A stretch of 61,494 nt of DNA, filler included, from Circinaria calcarea (taxonomy: Eukaryota), in NCBI GenBank assembly GCA_051942165.1. It is 20 parts of 20 records of this genome, joined end to end, with 100 filler letters (N's around TTAATTAATTAA, not from the genome) between each part and the next. Parts side by side here need not be neighbours in the genome. Positions count along the whole stretch, not along the records: positions 24,697 to 27,677 come from JAVECS010003127.1; positions 27,778 to 30,756 come from JAVECS010003128.1; positions 30,857 to 33,834 come from JAVECS010003129.1; positions 33,935 to 36,911 come from JAVECS010003130.1; positions 37,012 to 39,987 come from JAVECS010003131.1; 15 more parts are not named here. One strand, given 5' to 3'. Positions 24,697-38,863 of this stretch are shown piece by piece (position 1 is the first letter of the stretch; each line of letters opens with the position of its first letter). Position numbers and translations under genes: made by a program. A model generated the notes under the pieces. It worked only from the letters and a program-made list of their open reading frames with translations. It had not been told where the DNA came from and made no database searches.

Positions 24697-25772
24697 TAAC
24701 CATCGAGCCGGCGGCTTTCATTTGCCCCCAGAAGTTATTCTGGGAAAGCAACTCGTCTTCACGGTCCGCTCCCTGCTCAAGCGTAACAGTATCCCACATG
24801 GTTGTTGCCAAGATGACATGTGAAAGGTTCTTGGTACCACACAGGGAGCGAAACATCTTGAGGTTCTTGTAGGACGAACCCGACATCTTGTTGTCTGAGA
24901 TACGATGTAGGTAGATTATCCCAGTCAGTCGGGTCTTGTCATCATAGGCATCCTTCATCCATGATGCTATCAGCGTCAAGATCTCGGTATCAGTACGATT
25001 AGTATCGTCAAACCCAGGAGTATCCACCAAGGTGACATTAGTAGATCCAATCTTGCATTGTATTTGCTCAATCTCAGACGTGCCTGCGTAGTACAAGTTC
25101 AGCTGACCGTCCATATACATAGCATACCTATCTACTACTCACAGGATTGGAGTCCATGGCCTATCTTAACGTCTTTCCCGGTAAGCTTGCTGATGAAAGA
25201 CTAGCAGGTCAAGTCAGTTGTTGACGGTTGTCCTTGATAGTAGTTACAGGCTAAGTTTATACAGATTTGCCAGTCCCCGTCAAGCCAAAAATCGCAATGA
25301 CGATGTCATTTGGGGGTGCATTTACGGCCGTTTTTGACGCCGTGCGAGGCTTCGATTGGGTTAATTCCTTTGAGCTCGATCTATTACTAGCTCTACCGTG
25401 TTCTGGAATGGAAGGACTTCCAACGTTTGTCGTAGTCGAATTGCGATTAAGAGGCTTCGGCGAGAAGTCGCTGTAGGAGTCTCCTTGTTGCTTACGTGTC
25501 ATGGATGAGTTCCCTTGGAGTGGTTTGGGGGCCATGCCCGACGTCTGCCAGTCAAATGGGGTCCTCATGTTTGCAAGCCTGCTGTCAAAGGCTGGCGTCT
25601 CATATGGCACTGCAGCGGGTAGCTCGTGGATCTCGTCGGGTTCTCCGGTCTCAGACTCTGTGGCTTCAATAGGAAACATGCCTGGAAGCTTTGGCGTCTC
25701 GTATGCTTGTGATGGCCCGTATCCAGGATTTTCACGATTTAGGGACCATGGTACTTGGAAGCGCCTATCCAT
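24697..25772 (-). CDS. Fungal P-loop GTPase (AIG1/MMR_HSR1-like G domain) with disordered N-terminus, 3'-truncated, 2 introns
   Basis: IAIFGLTGTGKS/SFIS (G1), GHGLQSCT, LVDTPGFDDT (G3), GIIYLHRI, LATTMWD. Confidence 0.85.
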
Positions 25773-26589
25773 ATCTTTTCACCCTTTTCTTTTTTTATTG
25801 CTATTTAGATAGCTTTAATTATCGTTACCACGAACGGTATTTAACAGAGGCAGAGAAACAATATATGTGGAGCACATCAGAGAAAACAGCGATACACAAT
25901 CTTTTTGTAAACCGGGAGCCTCGTGTAGTCCGCCTCCCCGTGAAAGTCAGCCTCGTCGGCAGGCAAACCCTTTCCAGCAGCAAGATTATCCTAATCGCTT
26001 TCGATCATGAAACGAGTGTGCCTGCATCCTTCCTGCAAACGGCTAGCTGTCGGACTGAGATGCACCACATGCTGCTAGTCATTACCCACGATTATCTACC
26101 GGTAAAGTGCACGAAGGCTATTGTCAGGTCGAGTACGAAGGTTCTCCAAGGCATCGCTGCCAATCGTGCAGACCGGCCGCCCTCGTGGTTAGCGTAAAAG
26201 ACATCTGAGGCCGAACTTCTTGCCTCATTTGGGCTATCGGGGCTGTTGGCGCTTTCAAGTCTCGTAGTTCAACTATTGAATCCTGTTACGATTTGAAAAG
26301 AAGTCCGGCATGCAAAAGTGATTGTGGATCCCTCTAAGAGTTCGACGACGGAATTTAGAAAAGGCGACCGCACGGTGAAGAGAGAAGGGAATTAATGAGT
26401 CTGTTTGCCTGACTATTACTTCGTAGGTACGCACGAAGTACTGTGATAATGGCGAGGAAATTGAAAAGCGGAAGCCATCCACACCCCTACAGAGTTGAGG
26501 AGGTCCGTGCGCCATCATAGTTTACTGTGCCCGAGATATCAAAGACATAATACAGCACCAGTAAATCAAATCGACCTCATGTTGCCACG

Positions 26590-27200
26590 ATGATACAACT
26601 CAAAGTCTGTTCTTTCCCCCTTACCACCCTTATAGTCACCCTTACTAACCAACACCCCAGACGATGCTCAACTGCATCGACAACTCCGGCGCCTCAATAG
26701 TCGAGTGCGTCGCCAATCTCCGAATGAAGCGCCATGCAAAAATCGGTACCTATCCTACCCTAACCTCTTACCATCAGACGGTCCAATTAATTCCCCTTCA
26801 AGGCGATCGCATAATAGTCGTCGTTCAAAAGCAGAAATCCTACATCGAGAGTGTCGGGGGAGGGTCCACGGGCGTCCAGGCGGCGAATAAAGTCCGGAGA
26901 GGGGATATCCGGCATGCCGTTGTTGTGCGGACGGCGAAGAAGCTGCAGAGGAAAGATGGGATGGTGGTGAGGTTCGATGATAATGCTTGCGTGTTGATCA
27001 ACAAGACGGGGGAACCGATTGGGACGAGACTAACGAGTATGTTGCTTTCTGCTTTGGGTTGGGGGTCTCCCCCTTCCGTGGCAGCAGATGCCAACCCAGT
27101 TGCCTGTCATGTACTAACTATCCTACTAGGTGTTGTTGGATCGGAACTACGCGATAGACAATGGTCTAAGATTTTGTCACTGGCACCGATGCATGTATAA
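26590..27200 (+). CDS. MRPL38: Mitochondrial ribosomal protein uL14m, 3 introns
   Basis: MIQLK/TMLNCIDNSGA...HAVVVRT...RFDDNACVLINKTGEPIGTR...KILSLAP. Confidence 0.92.
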
Positions 27201-27777
27201 ATGGATTTTTTTGAATGGTGTTTGAGGAGTCCCGATGCTCGAATGCTCGAGTGCTCGAATGCTCGCTGCAATAGTGAGAAATATGTACAAAGACGTAAAA
27301 CCGAAATTGGCTGTGAACCAAAACAATGAAGCATCATGCCTCTTCAGGGGTATCAACCGTTTCCAACGTTAGACACCAATCGCGCCATGCTCCAAAGGAA
27401 AACATAACTTCGCAGACGCTCATTTGAAAATGGTACCACAACTACAGCAGACATAAAACAGTTTCTGCGGGACCAGTTGGATCAGCCCTGCCCAATAGAA
27501 GGGACGAAGCAGGGAAACGTGAAGCAACATACCATCCCCGTTTCTGCAGACCGCTGTTGTGATTGAAAGAAGACCGCCTCCGATTCTTTGCAGTTAGGGC
27601 ACTGCCTGTTCGACCTTGGCAGCTGTTGCACGTAATGCCATATTAGCAAAATGATCATAAATGACCGAGTTCACCAANNNNNNNNNNNNNNNNNNNNNNN
27701 NNNNNNNNNNNNNNNNNNNNNTTAATTAATTAANNNNNNNNNNNNNNNNNNNNNNNNNNNNNNNNNNNNNNNNNNNN

Positions 27778-30756
27778 AACCGGTAAAACTCCGGGATATT
27801 CGACTTTGCCAGTACCATCAGAGGCGAAGTATGTCATCAAACTGTAGATGTCAAAGGTGCCTGCGAAGTCTATGTTGGCAACATCTTTACCGAACAAAAT
27901 AGCCAAACATGCAGGCCAAAGGGAGGTGCAATTCCACCATCGTTTCAACCGATGTCGCATAATAGTAAATCCACCAGTCTTGTCGGCGAACTTGTCGACG
28001 TAGCCAGGGCCATTGATAACCAGTACTCGAGCGAGTATCCTTGTCGTAAGGACAACGATGGCAGGTTCATCATCCGCAAGTAGATTCAGCAGCCACTATC
28101 GAGGATTAATGCTTTCAATCTATGACTTCAATATCGACGTACCTTGTTAGTTACAGTTCTGGCAAATTTCTTGATGTTGGTGATATCCTTCTGGCATAAG
28201 ATATCGGAATACATTTCCAATATCCTCACGCCAATTTGTAGGCGGGTAAGCTCACGAGAGAGCCCATGCCGACGGCCTTTGGGGGTAGGTGACCCAGACG
28301 ATAGCGTCGACCTTCTGTTCAAAGAAGTAACAGACGATGCGTGCAACCTCCGAACGCTCTTTGTGGGGTCCAGGAAACGCGAGAAGTTTTCTTTCGGTTG
28401 ATGAGTCGCGTATGTAACGTGCATGGCTAACGATCGCAAGGAATCTGCGGACAGGATGGGGCCAAGAATAGAACGAAAGGCGCCCACAAAGAGATCAAAT
28501 GTATCCACAAAGAAGCTATCACTTTTCAAGGCTTCCAACCACCTTTTAACAATACCTAGATATTTCACTTTAGTAAATCTTTATGTGGTCCTGATAAGGA
28601 CGCAACTTACGCATCCTTGCGAGGCGTTTGACATTGAAATTGCGGTGTTTGCTCCCAGTGGCAAAAGTGGTAAATTGTTCGTAGTACAGCTTTTGCACCT
28701 TGGGGGATGAGGTTCTCCAGACATCTAGGTCAACGAGCAAAGTGCGGTAGGCCAATGGGTTGTTGATGATGGAGTCTTCTGGATTCTCCGCCTGATACCC
28801 AACGAATTCAAGGATCCGCATCAAAGCCTTTAAGGCGAGCTCTTCCTGACCATGCTCTTCGTGGAGTATGTTTTGGCTATTCTGTTTGTCGATGAGGGTT
28901 GGAAAATTTTCAAGCTTCGCCGTTAGTATGGTTGCTAACACCCCGAAGCCATTCTCTCTCTCCATGGCCTCGCTATTCCGCCAGTTATCTCTGAAGCTCC
29001 CTAGCAAAATGTCCAAGGCTCGAACAATATCCTCGGATGTTTTGGCAGCATCAAGAAGACTAAGACCGATTGGCGCACAGCCTCCAACCCGCCATGCGGC
29101 ATCATCCAAAGCCTGAGGTATAACCACCACTGGGTCACCGGTAAGCACGGCAAACCCGTAGGAGCGGAGTAAGGCTTCGTTAATAGAAGGTATGGCACCG
29201 TTGATGATGATTACTGTACGTCCTCCACGTGTAGTATTGCGCAAGGATTTGGCAGCCGGCTTTGACAGAGACTTGATTAGTTGTACGTCATCTGCATTGT
29301 TACTGTCGTCCCCGTCAATCACTGCGGTTGCTGAAAGGTTCAATAGAATCTTGGTTTCAGGTAGGAGACCACTTGCTTTCGACCTAATTGCAGAAACAAT
29401 GTCTGATTTTTCTTCTTTACCAGGATGTAGATTTTCGTTGCGAAGGTTGAGAGCAGCCGATGCCTGGTAGGTCTGAAATGAACCAAGGCAGTCTTGATAA
29501 TTGCCATGGTATCTTGGACCGAGTTGCTTATGCACAGCTATCAGGTCATCACTCAACACATCATCGAACAGGAGAGCCGATGCCATTCGCCATTCAGACA
29601 AGTCAAGGCCGCGGCCTAACTTGGATGCTAGATCCTGTGGCGTGCCAACAAATGCTTGTACCGGTTTTTCCTTACGAGCCGATGTGCGTAGACTTTGACG
29701 ATCAGGACTTGATATAGCCTGTGGAGGAGCAGGATAATTGGCCTTGACCTGTTCTACAAATTCGCCATCGATGAACAAGGACGCTCTGGAGGATGAGGTT
29801 GGTTTTGGCCGCCGGTGTACCAGACATACATGGTACCAGCGGGATTCATCAAATTTGAATGATTTAAAACGAACACTGGGTCTCGATGAAGTGACTGATG
29901 TCTGTAAAATCAGGTTGCGGGTATCCTTTTCGAGGTAAACAAGTACAAAGCATGTCTGACTGGAGTCAAAGGCGCCAAAGATCGTGGTATGCGATCCGAC
30001 ATCGAAATGAACGACTTGTATCCACAATGATAGTGTGTAGCCGGCACTAGACCCCATCGGAGGAAATGTGCGGCTAAGGTCAGGCAGTTCAATCGAAGAA
30101 AAGCCATGCAAGGAGAGATCGAAGTGAATGTAAGCAGGTGTAGGTGTTTCTTTGAAAGTAAGACGGAGAAGCTCTGCGACTGCTCTGGAGGAGCTAGCAT
30201 TACGATAGAGGAAATGAGCATCATTCAGATTAGTGACGCCAAGTTGGAGCAGTGCCACAACGAATCTTTGGAGCCCAGCCATATGTGGAGAACTGATTGA
30301 TGAGTCGAGAAATACAGGAAATAAGGTTGTAAGAATTCCAGTCTTATGTACAGCCACCAGATTGTGCGTAGATGCATCAACGATACAATTGAGGATGTTG
30401 GGAAGTAACAGAGTTGCCTCACTGAACGAATTATTTTGCGAATCATGCTGCCTCCTTATTAAAACCAGCCAAAGTTCAATCATGACCGGAATGATCTCCG
30501 GATTATATAGAAATGCTCGAGGCCCTAAGATTCCTCTTATCAAGTGTCTAGCTGCTGTAGATCCTCCACTTTCGGCGGTATTGCCGATGACCTCGTCATT
30601 GGTAGACTCTGATGTTGACGGTTCAGGTTGCTTTGAGCAGCCATTTCCTTGACTATCGATATGATTTCTGAGGGTGGAGAAAAGCTGCTTTAAACCCCAA
30701 TCGGCCAGAGCGAATGCAACAAGGGAGCCGAAAAGGCGTTCAGTAACAAGTCCAGC
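27778..30756 (-). CDS. Internal portion of a Beige/BEACH-domain protein (ConA-like region)
   Basis: 657-aa ORF plus further exons; FDLSLHGFSSIELP, GYTLSLW, WYHVCLVH, LGPRYHGNYQD, AWRVGG. Confidence 0.8.
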
Positions 30757-30856
30757 NNNNNNNNNNNNNNNNNNNNNNNNNNNNNNNNNNNNNNNNNNNN
30801 TTAATTAATTAANNNNNNNNNNNNNNNNNNNNNNNNNNNNNNNNNNNNNNNNNNNN

Positions 30857-31493
30857 CATCAACAAAGGCTGGTCCCTTCACTTCCAAAACAGCCTCGAAG
30901 CGCGCATCGAGACCACGCTCGGCAATCCCAAAACGTTCCTCAAGCAATGTGATCGCTGGGTTCGAACAACCTGGCGCTCCAACTCCACGAGTCTGTTCGC
31001 CGACCAAACCGTTTGGAAGAGCCAGCCTTGGTGCGTGTACGCCGTATACCTCTCCAGCTTTGTCAATCTTGCCCTATTCTACGACTTTGCGCTCTTCTAC
31101 ACCCTCTCCGGTGCTGCCGATAACACCGACACGAATAAAACCACGGCACTGGCATCCTTGGCCTTGATCCTCTTCCTCTCCAAGATGATCAAGCCTTTCC
31201 CGCATTTCTGGCGACATCCACAGGATCTCGTCTACGTCCCCGGCTACATCCTTTTCGGATACTTTTACTCGCTGGTGAAGCTCAAGGCTTTGCTAACGGT
31301 AACGACCATCGCGTGGGGATCAAGAGCGGGCGTTGATAGACCTCTTGCTTTGATGGCAGATGGATCCGGGGACCTTGAGGCGAGGGCATCGGGTCAATTA
31401 GAAGGCAAGGTGTCTGTTGATGATAAGATGACGGTGGATGCGGTTCCTCACTGGCAGCATGGAGTTGATGGTGCTGGTACAGTGGGCTGTTGA
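30857..31493 (+). CDS. C-terminus of a GT2 polysaccharide synthase (Cps1-like)
   Basis: KQCDRWVRTTWRSN (QxxRW motif), TM helices, VKLKALLTVTTIAWGSR. Confidence 0.8.
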
Positions 31494-31756
31494 GAGAGTT
31501 TTGCCTAGGTGGAACATTTTTGCTTCTGCTACTTCTAGATGCCCCAATTTCAAACCGAGCAATCGGTAGATGTTGTTCAACTGCGAGACGAGGGAGGACA
31601 CTGGAGTTAATTTCTGAATGTTCGGGCAAAATACCATGCTTGCACTTGTACTTACTCAAACATTCTTATAGCATCAATCAAGACTCTGAGTGACTTTGGA
31701 CTTGCATCTACCGGTAGTGGAACAGTGACACTAAACGATAATTGGCAAGTTAATGA

Positions 31757-33348
31757 TTACGCGGCGGAGGAAGCCTCCCCACCTCCTCCCCCACGGCCGG
31801 TCCCAATCACCACCAGCTCTTCCCGCAAACCCTCCAAGATCTCCCCCATAAGCCCCTCCGCAACCACGCCCTCCTGCCACGTAAGCGTCACCGTGAGCGG
31901 TCCGCTCTCGACGCTGGCGATATTGAAAGAAAAGGCGGCACCGGCGACCATGCCGGATTGGGAGAAGATCAGTCTGGAAACTGTGCACGCGATCTCTTCA
32001 TCTTTTCGCTCCCGGTTTAGCTCATTCTGCTCTCGGTTTGGCTCGCTGTCCAGCTCAGCTCTCAACGAACCCAGATTGGATACCTCAAAGGTACTGCTGC
32101 GCGCTTTGCCGACCTGATCCGTCCACATCCGATGCCAGTCTCGCACGTACGGCAGTAGCCCAAGGAGATTATCCTTGGGGAGTGCCGCGAGCTCTGCTCC
32201 CATCTCGAGCCGGAAGCGCCGGGCGATTTCCCAGATCTGTTGCTGTGCAGCTCGAGGGTCAGCCCGGCCGGCTCGAAAGGCAGATATGGTGCCGGGGGCA
32301 TATTCGGTCGTCAGCGCCGAGAGTTGGACGGCGATTTCTTCCACCGACGTACCGGTCGCGGGGCGCAGCGAGTAGGGTGTTGTTGCTCTGAAGGAACGGG
32401 CCTCCGGGACGAGGAGCGAGAGTTGGGCGATGATGATGCCGTGGAGGAGGCCGGTTAGGGTGGTCTCCCGCTTGCGGCATTTGGACAGGATTTGGCGCGT
32501 CAGAGCTCGGGGGAGGGAGATGAAGCGGACACGGGAGCGGAAGTCGTCAGGGTGCGGGAGAGTGACCACGGCAGCGCTCCAGGGCTTCGACGAGGCCGGG
32601 ACGGACCACGACGGTCGCGACGTCTCCCATATTTGGCGCAGCAGAAAGGACCAGGAGATGTCCAGCTGAATGAGATCTTCCACCGCGGGTACTATTGCCC
32701 CGGAGTACGGTCCCTTGATGACGGTCGGAACGGTTGATATAGGACGCGAGGGCAAGTTATTCAAGGCTTTGAGTAATGACCGATGGAAAGCCATGCCGCT
32801 GGTACCGTCTCCAATGGCATGGTGAAATGCAAAGACGGCATCCACAGCTTTTTCTCTTGTGCCCTGATTGCTGCGCTGGGCGATGGTCAGCTTCCAACCG
32901 GGTCGGAGATGCAAATCGGGCCATCGTTTCGAATGCTGCTCTTTCACCATCTGCATCAGCTTTTCGTCGTACTCCGTGTCCGTAGCGGCATCGATCCTCC
33001 GGAACTCGATTACACCCCCGAGGGCAATCTGCTCGAGACGGGTAAAAGCCGGAGTATTTCCCTCTTCACCGACGATACCGCAACCGAGCACGGGATGTCT
33101 GTCCACGACTTGGCAGACAGCGGATGAGAAGACATCTTCCAGAGATCGGGCTTCCAGCCGAGTTTCCGACAGCAGATATTTGGCCGTGACCGCAACACTC
33201 CGGTAGAATCCTAGGTAATGACGGGATGTGGAGAGACGCTCTCTGGGGGGGCATTTGTATTCAGCCACGAGAATTCGGAGAATTATGGATTGGAGAGCTT
33301 CTTCAACGCCGAAACAGTCACTTACAGATCCCCGACTGGTCGGTGCAT
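31757..33348 (-). CDS. Alcohol acetyltransferase-family (CoA-dependent acyltransferase) protein
   Basis: MHRPVGDL/ERLSTSRH; HxxxD motif FHHAIGDGTSG; FEVSNLG. Confidence 0.88.
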
Positions 33349-34432
33349 TTTCAAAAGGGGCGATAAAAAAGGATTTTAGAGATTGGGAATCTCTTCAATG
33401 GTATACTACTAAAAACTTTAAAAAGGTTGAATTTAACACGTAGCAATTTGTATATTCAATCTTGATTACTCTCGGGAGGGAAGTTCTGATACAAGTTCTT
33501 TATCAGGTGGGGGGGATCCGAAGCTGGATATTAGGGCTTCGGTGTATCATCGCCCAGAAGCTTGGCGTTTATAAGCTGGTTGGCCGGGTGACGGAACAAG
33601 TAGATTCCGGCCAGGATTTCCTGCATTTCCGGTCCGTCGCTTTTCTTTTTCCTCGGTCCCTCCCGTTCTCTGGCATCCCGTCAGCTCAATTATAAATCTC
33701 CGCTCCACAAAACATTAAATTCCCCCTTCTCCCCCCTTCCCTTATTCTTCGTCCTCTTCTTCCTCGCTCTCATCTCATCCCGGTTCATGACCAAGACTGT
33801 AATCCCCCAACTCCAATTCTACCTCCGATAATCCNNNNNNNNNNNNNNNNNNNNNNNNNNNNNNNNNNNNNNNNNNNNTTAATTAATTAANNNNNNNNNN
33901 NNNNNNNNNNNNNNNNNNNNNNNNNNNNNNNNNNCGGTGAAGAAGGGGAGGGAGGGAAGGAAGGAAGGATAGAAATACTTTTTTCTGGGCACCGAAGGGG
34001 GGGGGGCGAAAGGTAGCTAGAGAATAATCCGGGGCGCCCAGTAGAATAGAATGTACTACGGTCAAGTCGTTGTCGTCGGGTGTCGGAATTTCAGGTTGTC
34101 GCTGTTGCCCGAATGAGAGGGGAAAATTAATTGGTTTCATCTATCGTCCGGGGTTGTCTATGGTACTCTGTTGTTTTGGTCTTTAGGGGTTGAGTCTTTT
34201 CGAACTGGGCTTTGGAACCCTTCACGCAATGTAATTTCCGATATGAAGCAGTCTTCCGTCCCTTGTATCGTGTTGCTTTCAAACACGATTTCCGCCCACC
34301 CGCCCTGTTTGATGACGACTCGGTAAAAAAGGGGCGACCATCCTAAAGCAGCAGATTGTAAATCTATACATCATCTTTATGACCAGGCGTATACATTATT
34401 CCTTTGAAAAAGGCCCAATCCAAAGGTTCCAT

Positions 34433-35487
34433 TCACCTCCCAGCCACCGTATTCAGCACCCCTCCGTCCACGGCAATAATTTCACCGCTGACGTAGGCGT
34501 TTTTGGCTAAGAAAAGGACCGCCTGCGCCATCTCTTCGTCGCTGCCCGCCCTGGCCGCCGGCACATGCCCCTTCTCCTGGATCTTCTCGGCAGGCATATT
34601 ACTCTTTTGATTCTCATCGCTGTCCACCTTTGCCGTCATCTCGCTGGGAAAGTATCCGGGTGCGATTGAATTGACCCGAATCTGCGTCTTCTCAAACTCG
34701 CTGCTCATCAACTTGGTGAGCTGCACTGTGGCGCCCTTGGCTGTGTTGTATGAAAAATGTCCTTGAGCGTGACGCATGATGCCGCTCATCGAGGATATAA
34801 CGATGACGGAGGCTGAGCGGTGGCCGTGGGACTCGACGCCGGCTTGGAGGAGGGGCAGGAAGGCAACGGTGGTGAAGTAGACGGCTGTAACGTCGGTGTT
34901 GTAAGTTTCGGCCCACTGGGAGAATTCCTCGTTGTTCCAGAGCTTTTCTTTGAGTTCGGTGGCGTGGGAGGAGTCAGGTTCTGCTTTGGGTCCGGAGATT
35001 CCGGATGCCGTGACTTGGAGTGAAGGTGTTAGACAGAGGGAATGATCAAGGGCGGGTTTGAATTATGTTGACTAACCTAGTACGTTAATGTACTTTTCCT
35101 TCTTCGAGATCTCCTGAACGAGCTTTTCGAGGTCTTTCTTGGAAGTCACATCGCAAGGCCCGATTCTGTTATATGTCAGGCCCTCTGCTCCAATGCCTCA
35201 CGACAAGACGGTAGACCCACGGGATAATCTGCCCTTCACCTTCCGGGCTATGAGATTTTGCCGCATTCTCAAGAGCCTCCATACGTCGGCTAGTTATATA
35301 AACCTTTGCACCTACAACATCTGGTTAGCCATGATCCGACTGACATCTAAAAGAGTAGCATAGTACCATTGGCCGCAAGAGCTTGAGTACACATCAAGCC
35401 AATGCCTGTTCCTCCGCCGGTGACAACGCACACAAAGTCCTTGAGGGAGAAGAGTTTCTCTGCTTTTAGCTGGGAGGTAGACGCCAT
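34433..35487 (-). CDS. Short-chain dehydrogenase/reductase, multi-exon
   Basis: VVTGGGTGIG, YNTAK (YxxxK), IRVNSIAPGYFPSEMT, VDGG. Confidence 0.9.
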
Positions 35488-36132
35488 CTCGAGTGCTTCA
35501 GTGGATATCTTGTTGGAAGAAGAGGTTGTTGTAAAAGTTCAGATTCGACTATGTGGGCAGATTGAGTGATGGATGTTTGGGCTTGGTGGAAGCAGTGGCT
35601 AGCCTTCTGCACAGGCGCAGCCGTTGGGAACTGGCACAGCATTTCGTCATATTCGGGGTCTACCGATACTCGAACATTTTCAGTTTAGAGATCGACGTCA
35701 CGGTTGATAGGGCAAACCCCCAAGGCAGTCGCTTAGCTATCTAATCGGCCCTGCCCTGCACGATCCCGGAGGTAAGGTACCTCCGCTTAACTTTTCTGGA
35801 CACTACTTAGCTACCCACTCAATTGTCGGATTATTAAACAGTTACTTTAAATTGAACTATTTAATCATCTACCTATGTTACTGTGGGAGGTTGTCTCAGA
35901 AACTCAGACTGCTTTTGCTTCGCTGCCGCGTATTTTTCGGAATGTCCATATATAATTAGTAGATACTAAAAATAGCGTGCGCGCGAAAGCGTAGTCTGAG
36001 GAATTCATCCAGCCTTTTTAATAACAAGAACGAACTTTTTATATAAGAAGTCGTTTTTTGAAAATTGATTAATAATTAATTAATAGAATTTAATATAGCT
36101 TATAATATTCGCTCTAAACGTCCTTTTGAATA

Positions 36133-36911
36133 AATGCCCTGAAACGAAGAATGAGTGGAAGGGTTTAACTTCGGCGCAAAATTTCCGAACTGAACCAAAA
36201 TTTTGCGGTGTTCTCACTCTGGCCGCAAAAATTACCTGATTAGGTTTAGCTTATCGCTCGATCGGGCCTAGTTTTTCGCTCGAATAGGAAAAAAATCTAC
36301 TACATTCAGTGTAGCGTCCTAACTTTTATGCTGAGCTTATGCTATTTTATGCTTCTTGTTATACTATGCTATGCTGCGTGCTATGCTATATTACGTGCTC
36401 TTTCCATGCTATACTACGTGCTATGCTATGCTGCGAGCTATGCTATGCTGCGAGCTATGCTATACTGCGAGCTATGCTATACTGCGAGCTATGCTATACT
36501 GCGTGCTATGCTATACTGCGTGCTATGCTATGCTACGAATTATGCTATATTACGTGCTCTTTCCATACTATGCTGCCAGCTATGCTATGCTGCGTGCTAT
36601 ACTCTATGCTATGCTGTGTGCTATGCTGTGTGCTATGCTTTATGCTATGCTGCTTGCTTTCGCTATGCTATGCCGCGTGTTTTCGTTATGCTATGCTCCA
36701 TGCTATGCTACATGCTTTTTCCATGCTATACTGCATGCCCTTTCCATGCTGTACTGCATGCTCTTTCCATACTATACTGCATGCTCTTTCCATGCTATAC
36801 TGCATGCTTATTCCATGCTATGCTGCATGCTCTTTCCGTGCTATACTATATGCTCTTTCCATGCTGTACTGCATGCTCTTTCCATACTATACTGCATGCT
36901 CTTTCCATGCT
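36133..36911 (+). repeat. Dispersed repeat copy B with (ATGCT)n satellite
   Basis: Starts AATGCCCTGAAACGAAGAATGAGTGGAAGGG, matching the reverse complement ending at 19331; carries only one 22-bp unit. Confidence 0.9.
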
Positions 36912-37011
36912 NNNNNNNNNNNNNNNNNNNNNNNNNNNNNNNNNNNNNNNNNNNNTTAATTAATTAANNNNNNNNNNNNNNNNNNNNNNNNNNNNNNNNN
37001 NNNNNNNNNNN

Positions 37012-37439
37012 CTAGCCCCTCGCATAGTCTCCAACATATCCCCCGTGACATCAGACAACGGTAGATCCCATACGCCCTTCCACTTCCCCTTTGCTTCTAC
37101 TTCATATGCCCGTCGGGGAACTAAGTCCAGCCCTTGGAGCTGCACCAAGTTCTCCCCCGTGCCACCACTAGGAATCTCGACCAAGCTGTCTGCCGTTGGA
37201 GGCAGTAAGCGAGCAAAGTTGACAGTCAGACCTTGCGTGATCTCTCTACTTTCTGTATCGGTAATGTAGAAGACACCAAGCATGCCGGCGTCTGGGTCCA
37301 ACGGACTATCCCAGTTGAGGAGCGTGATGGTGTGATCGGCGATGTTGCGAACAGTAACTTGCAGCTTGAGCGAGTCTCCCGCTGGAGGATTCGGAACCCT
37401 GGGAGCAATGACTACCTGCAATGCGGGGGACATGGCCAT
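37012..37439 (-). CDS. Small protein resembling a stand-alone M35/deuterolysin prodomain, no signal peptide, 3'-truncated
   Basis: MAMSPALQVVIAP...LQVTVRN...LLNWDSPLDP...TADSLVEIPSG...DLVPRRAYEVEAKG aligns by eye with the neighbouring protease prodomain. Confidence 0.7.
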
Positions 37440-38863
37440 TATGGTTGACAATAGCCGGATTCCTGCACTCGACAGAAGGGAAGCGTTAGCTCGAGACAAC
37501 TATGATGGTTCGGCAGATGACCTACCCTATTACCCTGACCTTAGGCATGGAGGCCGTGGACGATATGGAATCCACCTACTTATCTTGTAGAACTCTCCTA
37601 GCGCGGAACCGCCATGAATGAGAGGCTGCAAAACATTCGGATGTTCATATCGACTGCACGTCACAACATCCTATGAACTTCCTTTCTGGGGATGGCTTAC
37701 CCACCTCAAGACAATGAGGTGCCACCTCTGCGAAGGTGACTGGCATTCGCTTGGACGAGTCGGAGTCGAAGATGGGAGATTCGAAATGCGCTCGCGGCGC
37801 TCTCCGGACGTGCCAAGACGGCGCGAGGCTCGGGCCAAGCCCTCCCACCCTCCGTACATTATCAGGGCGTAAGCTTAAGCTTAATTCTCGCTTCCCCGCA
37901 CCATCCCTGGCCCTCGACCAACAGCCGGATAGGGGGTTTGAACAAGGGATCAAAACGCCAACTTCTCAGCGCAGGAGCCTCCCGCTGCAAAAGAAGCTTA
38001 TTCAAACGTTGGCCAGAGATGGTGTACATGTAGGGAACTTATTCTCAAGTCATGTCAAGTCTCTGACAGTCTGCGAGCTGTAACTCTATCCCGCCCTTCT
38101 CCTACTATCAAATTAGTACGCCGTACTACGTTTCATAGACACGGAAAGGCGGTTGGTTACCTGGATCATCTTGGAAGAACGTGCCTCTTCCTAAAGGAGG
38201 CAGGTCGTCCTCTGCTCCGCCAAGCCCGAAATCTGCAATTTTATCAGTCACACACAGAAGGCCCATATCACTTGATGGCTGTTTCAACGGCTATCAACAA
38301 GGCTGCCGCTCCATGGTCATGCCCTCATCCTTCTCTACCCGAGCGTTGCACCTGCATCTTCCCTTCCCATACATCGCTTAGCACAGCATCTCTGCCTATA
38401 GTGTTATCTTTTCAATCCGCCGCTCACCTTCTACTTCCATGGATCGGAGGTGCTCTATTCGCCTGATCCTTGCCATTCACTCCCCCCTCCCCACCATGTC
38501 TTATACTTCACATCCCTCGCTGTGAAGCCAATTCACCAATGCCCTGTCCGAGATGTCCTATGGGACTATCGAATTTCTATTCACCTTCTCCATCAAGATA
38601 TGTCTCCGTACCTCAAAGTCCACAGCCTTTCGTGTAGATAATGCAATTTCGGGTTGCAGGATTGGCGTTAGGACCGAATCCATTCCGGAAGGATGCCTCC
38701 AATGCTTCTATCTATGTCGGATTTATCTTCTATATAAACCACCAAGAAAGTCTGTTCTTCTGACAGCATCGAGCTTGCCCTCCTACCTTTATCGCTTGGA
38801 CGTTCGACCATCCTATCTCATTTGACCTGACAACACTGGGTCGAGGTATACACATACATCAAC

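Noticed and set aside
22422..25772. GTPase as the N-terminal effector of the NACHT-ANK protein (same strand, adjacent in the window)
   Set aside because: Separated by an artificial linker between length-sorted contigs, so there is no evidence of linkage.
36328..36967. Cys/Met/Tyr-rich ORFs in three frames (also 18539-18937)
   Set aside because: Translations of the ATGCT satellite, not proteins.
37812..38224. Three GCCAAG (PacC-like) sites in the protease divergent promoter
   Set aside because: Plausible, but too close to chance expectation for a hexamer in 1.4 kb.
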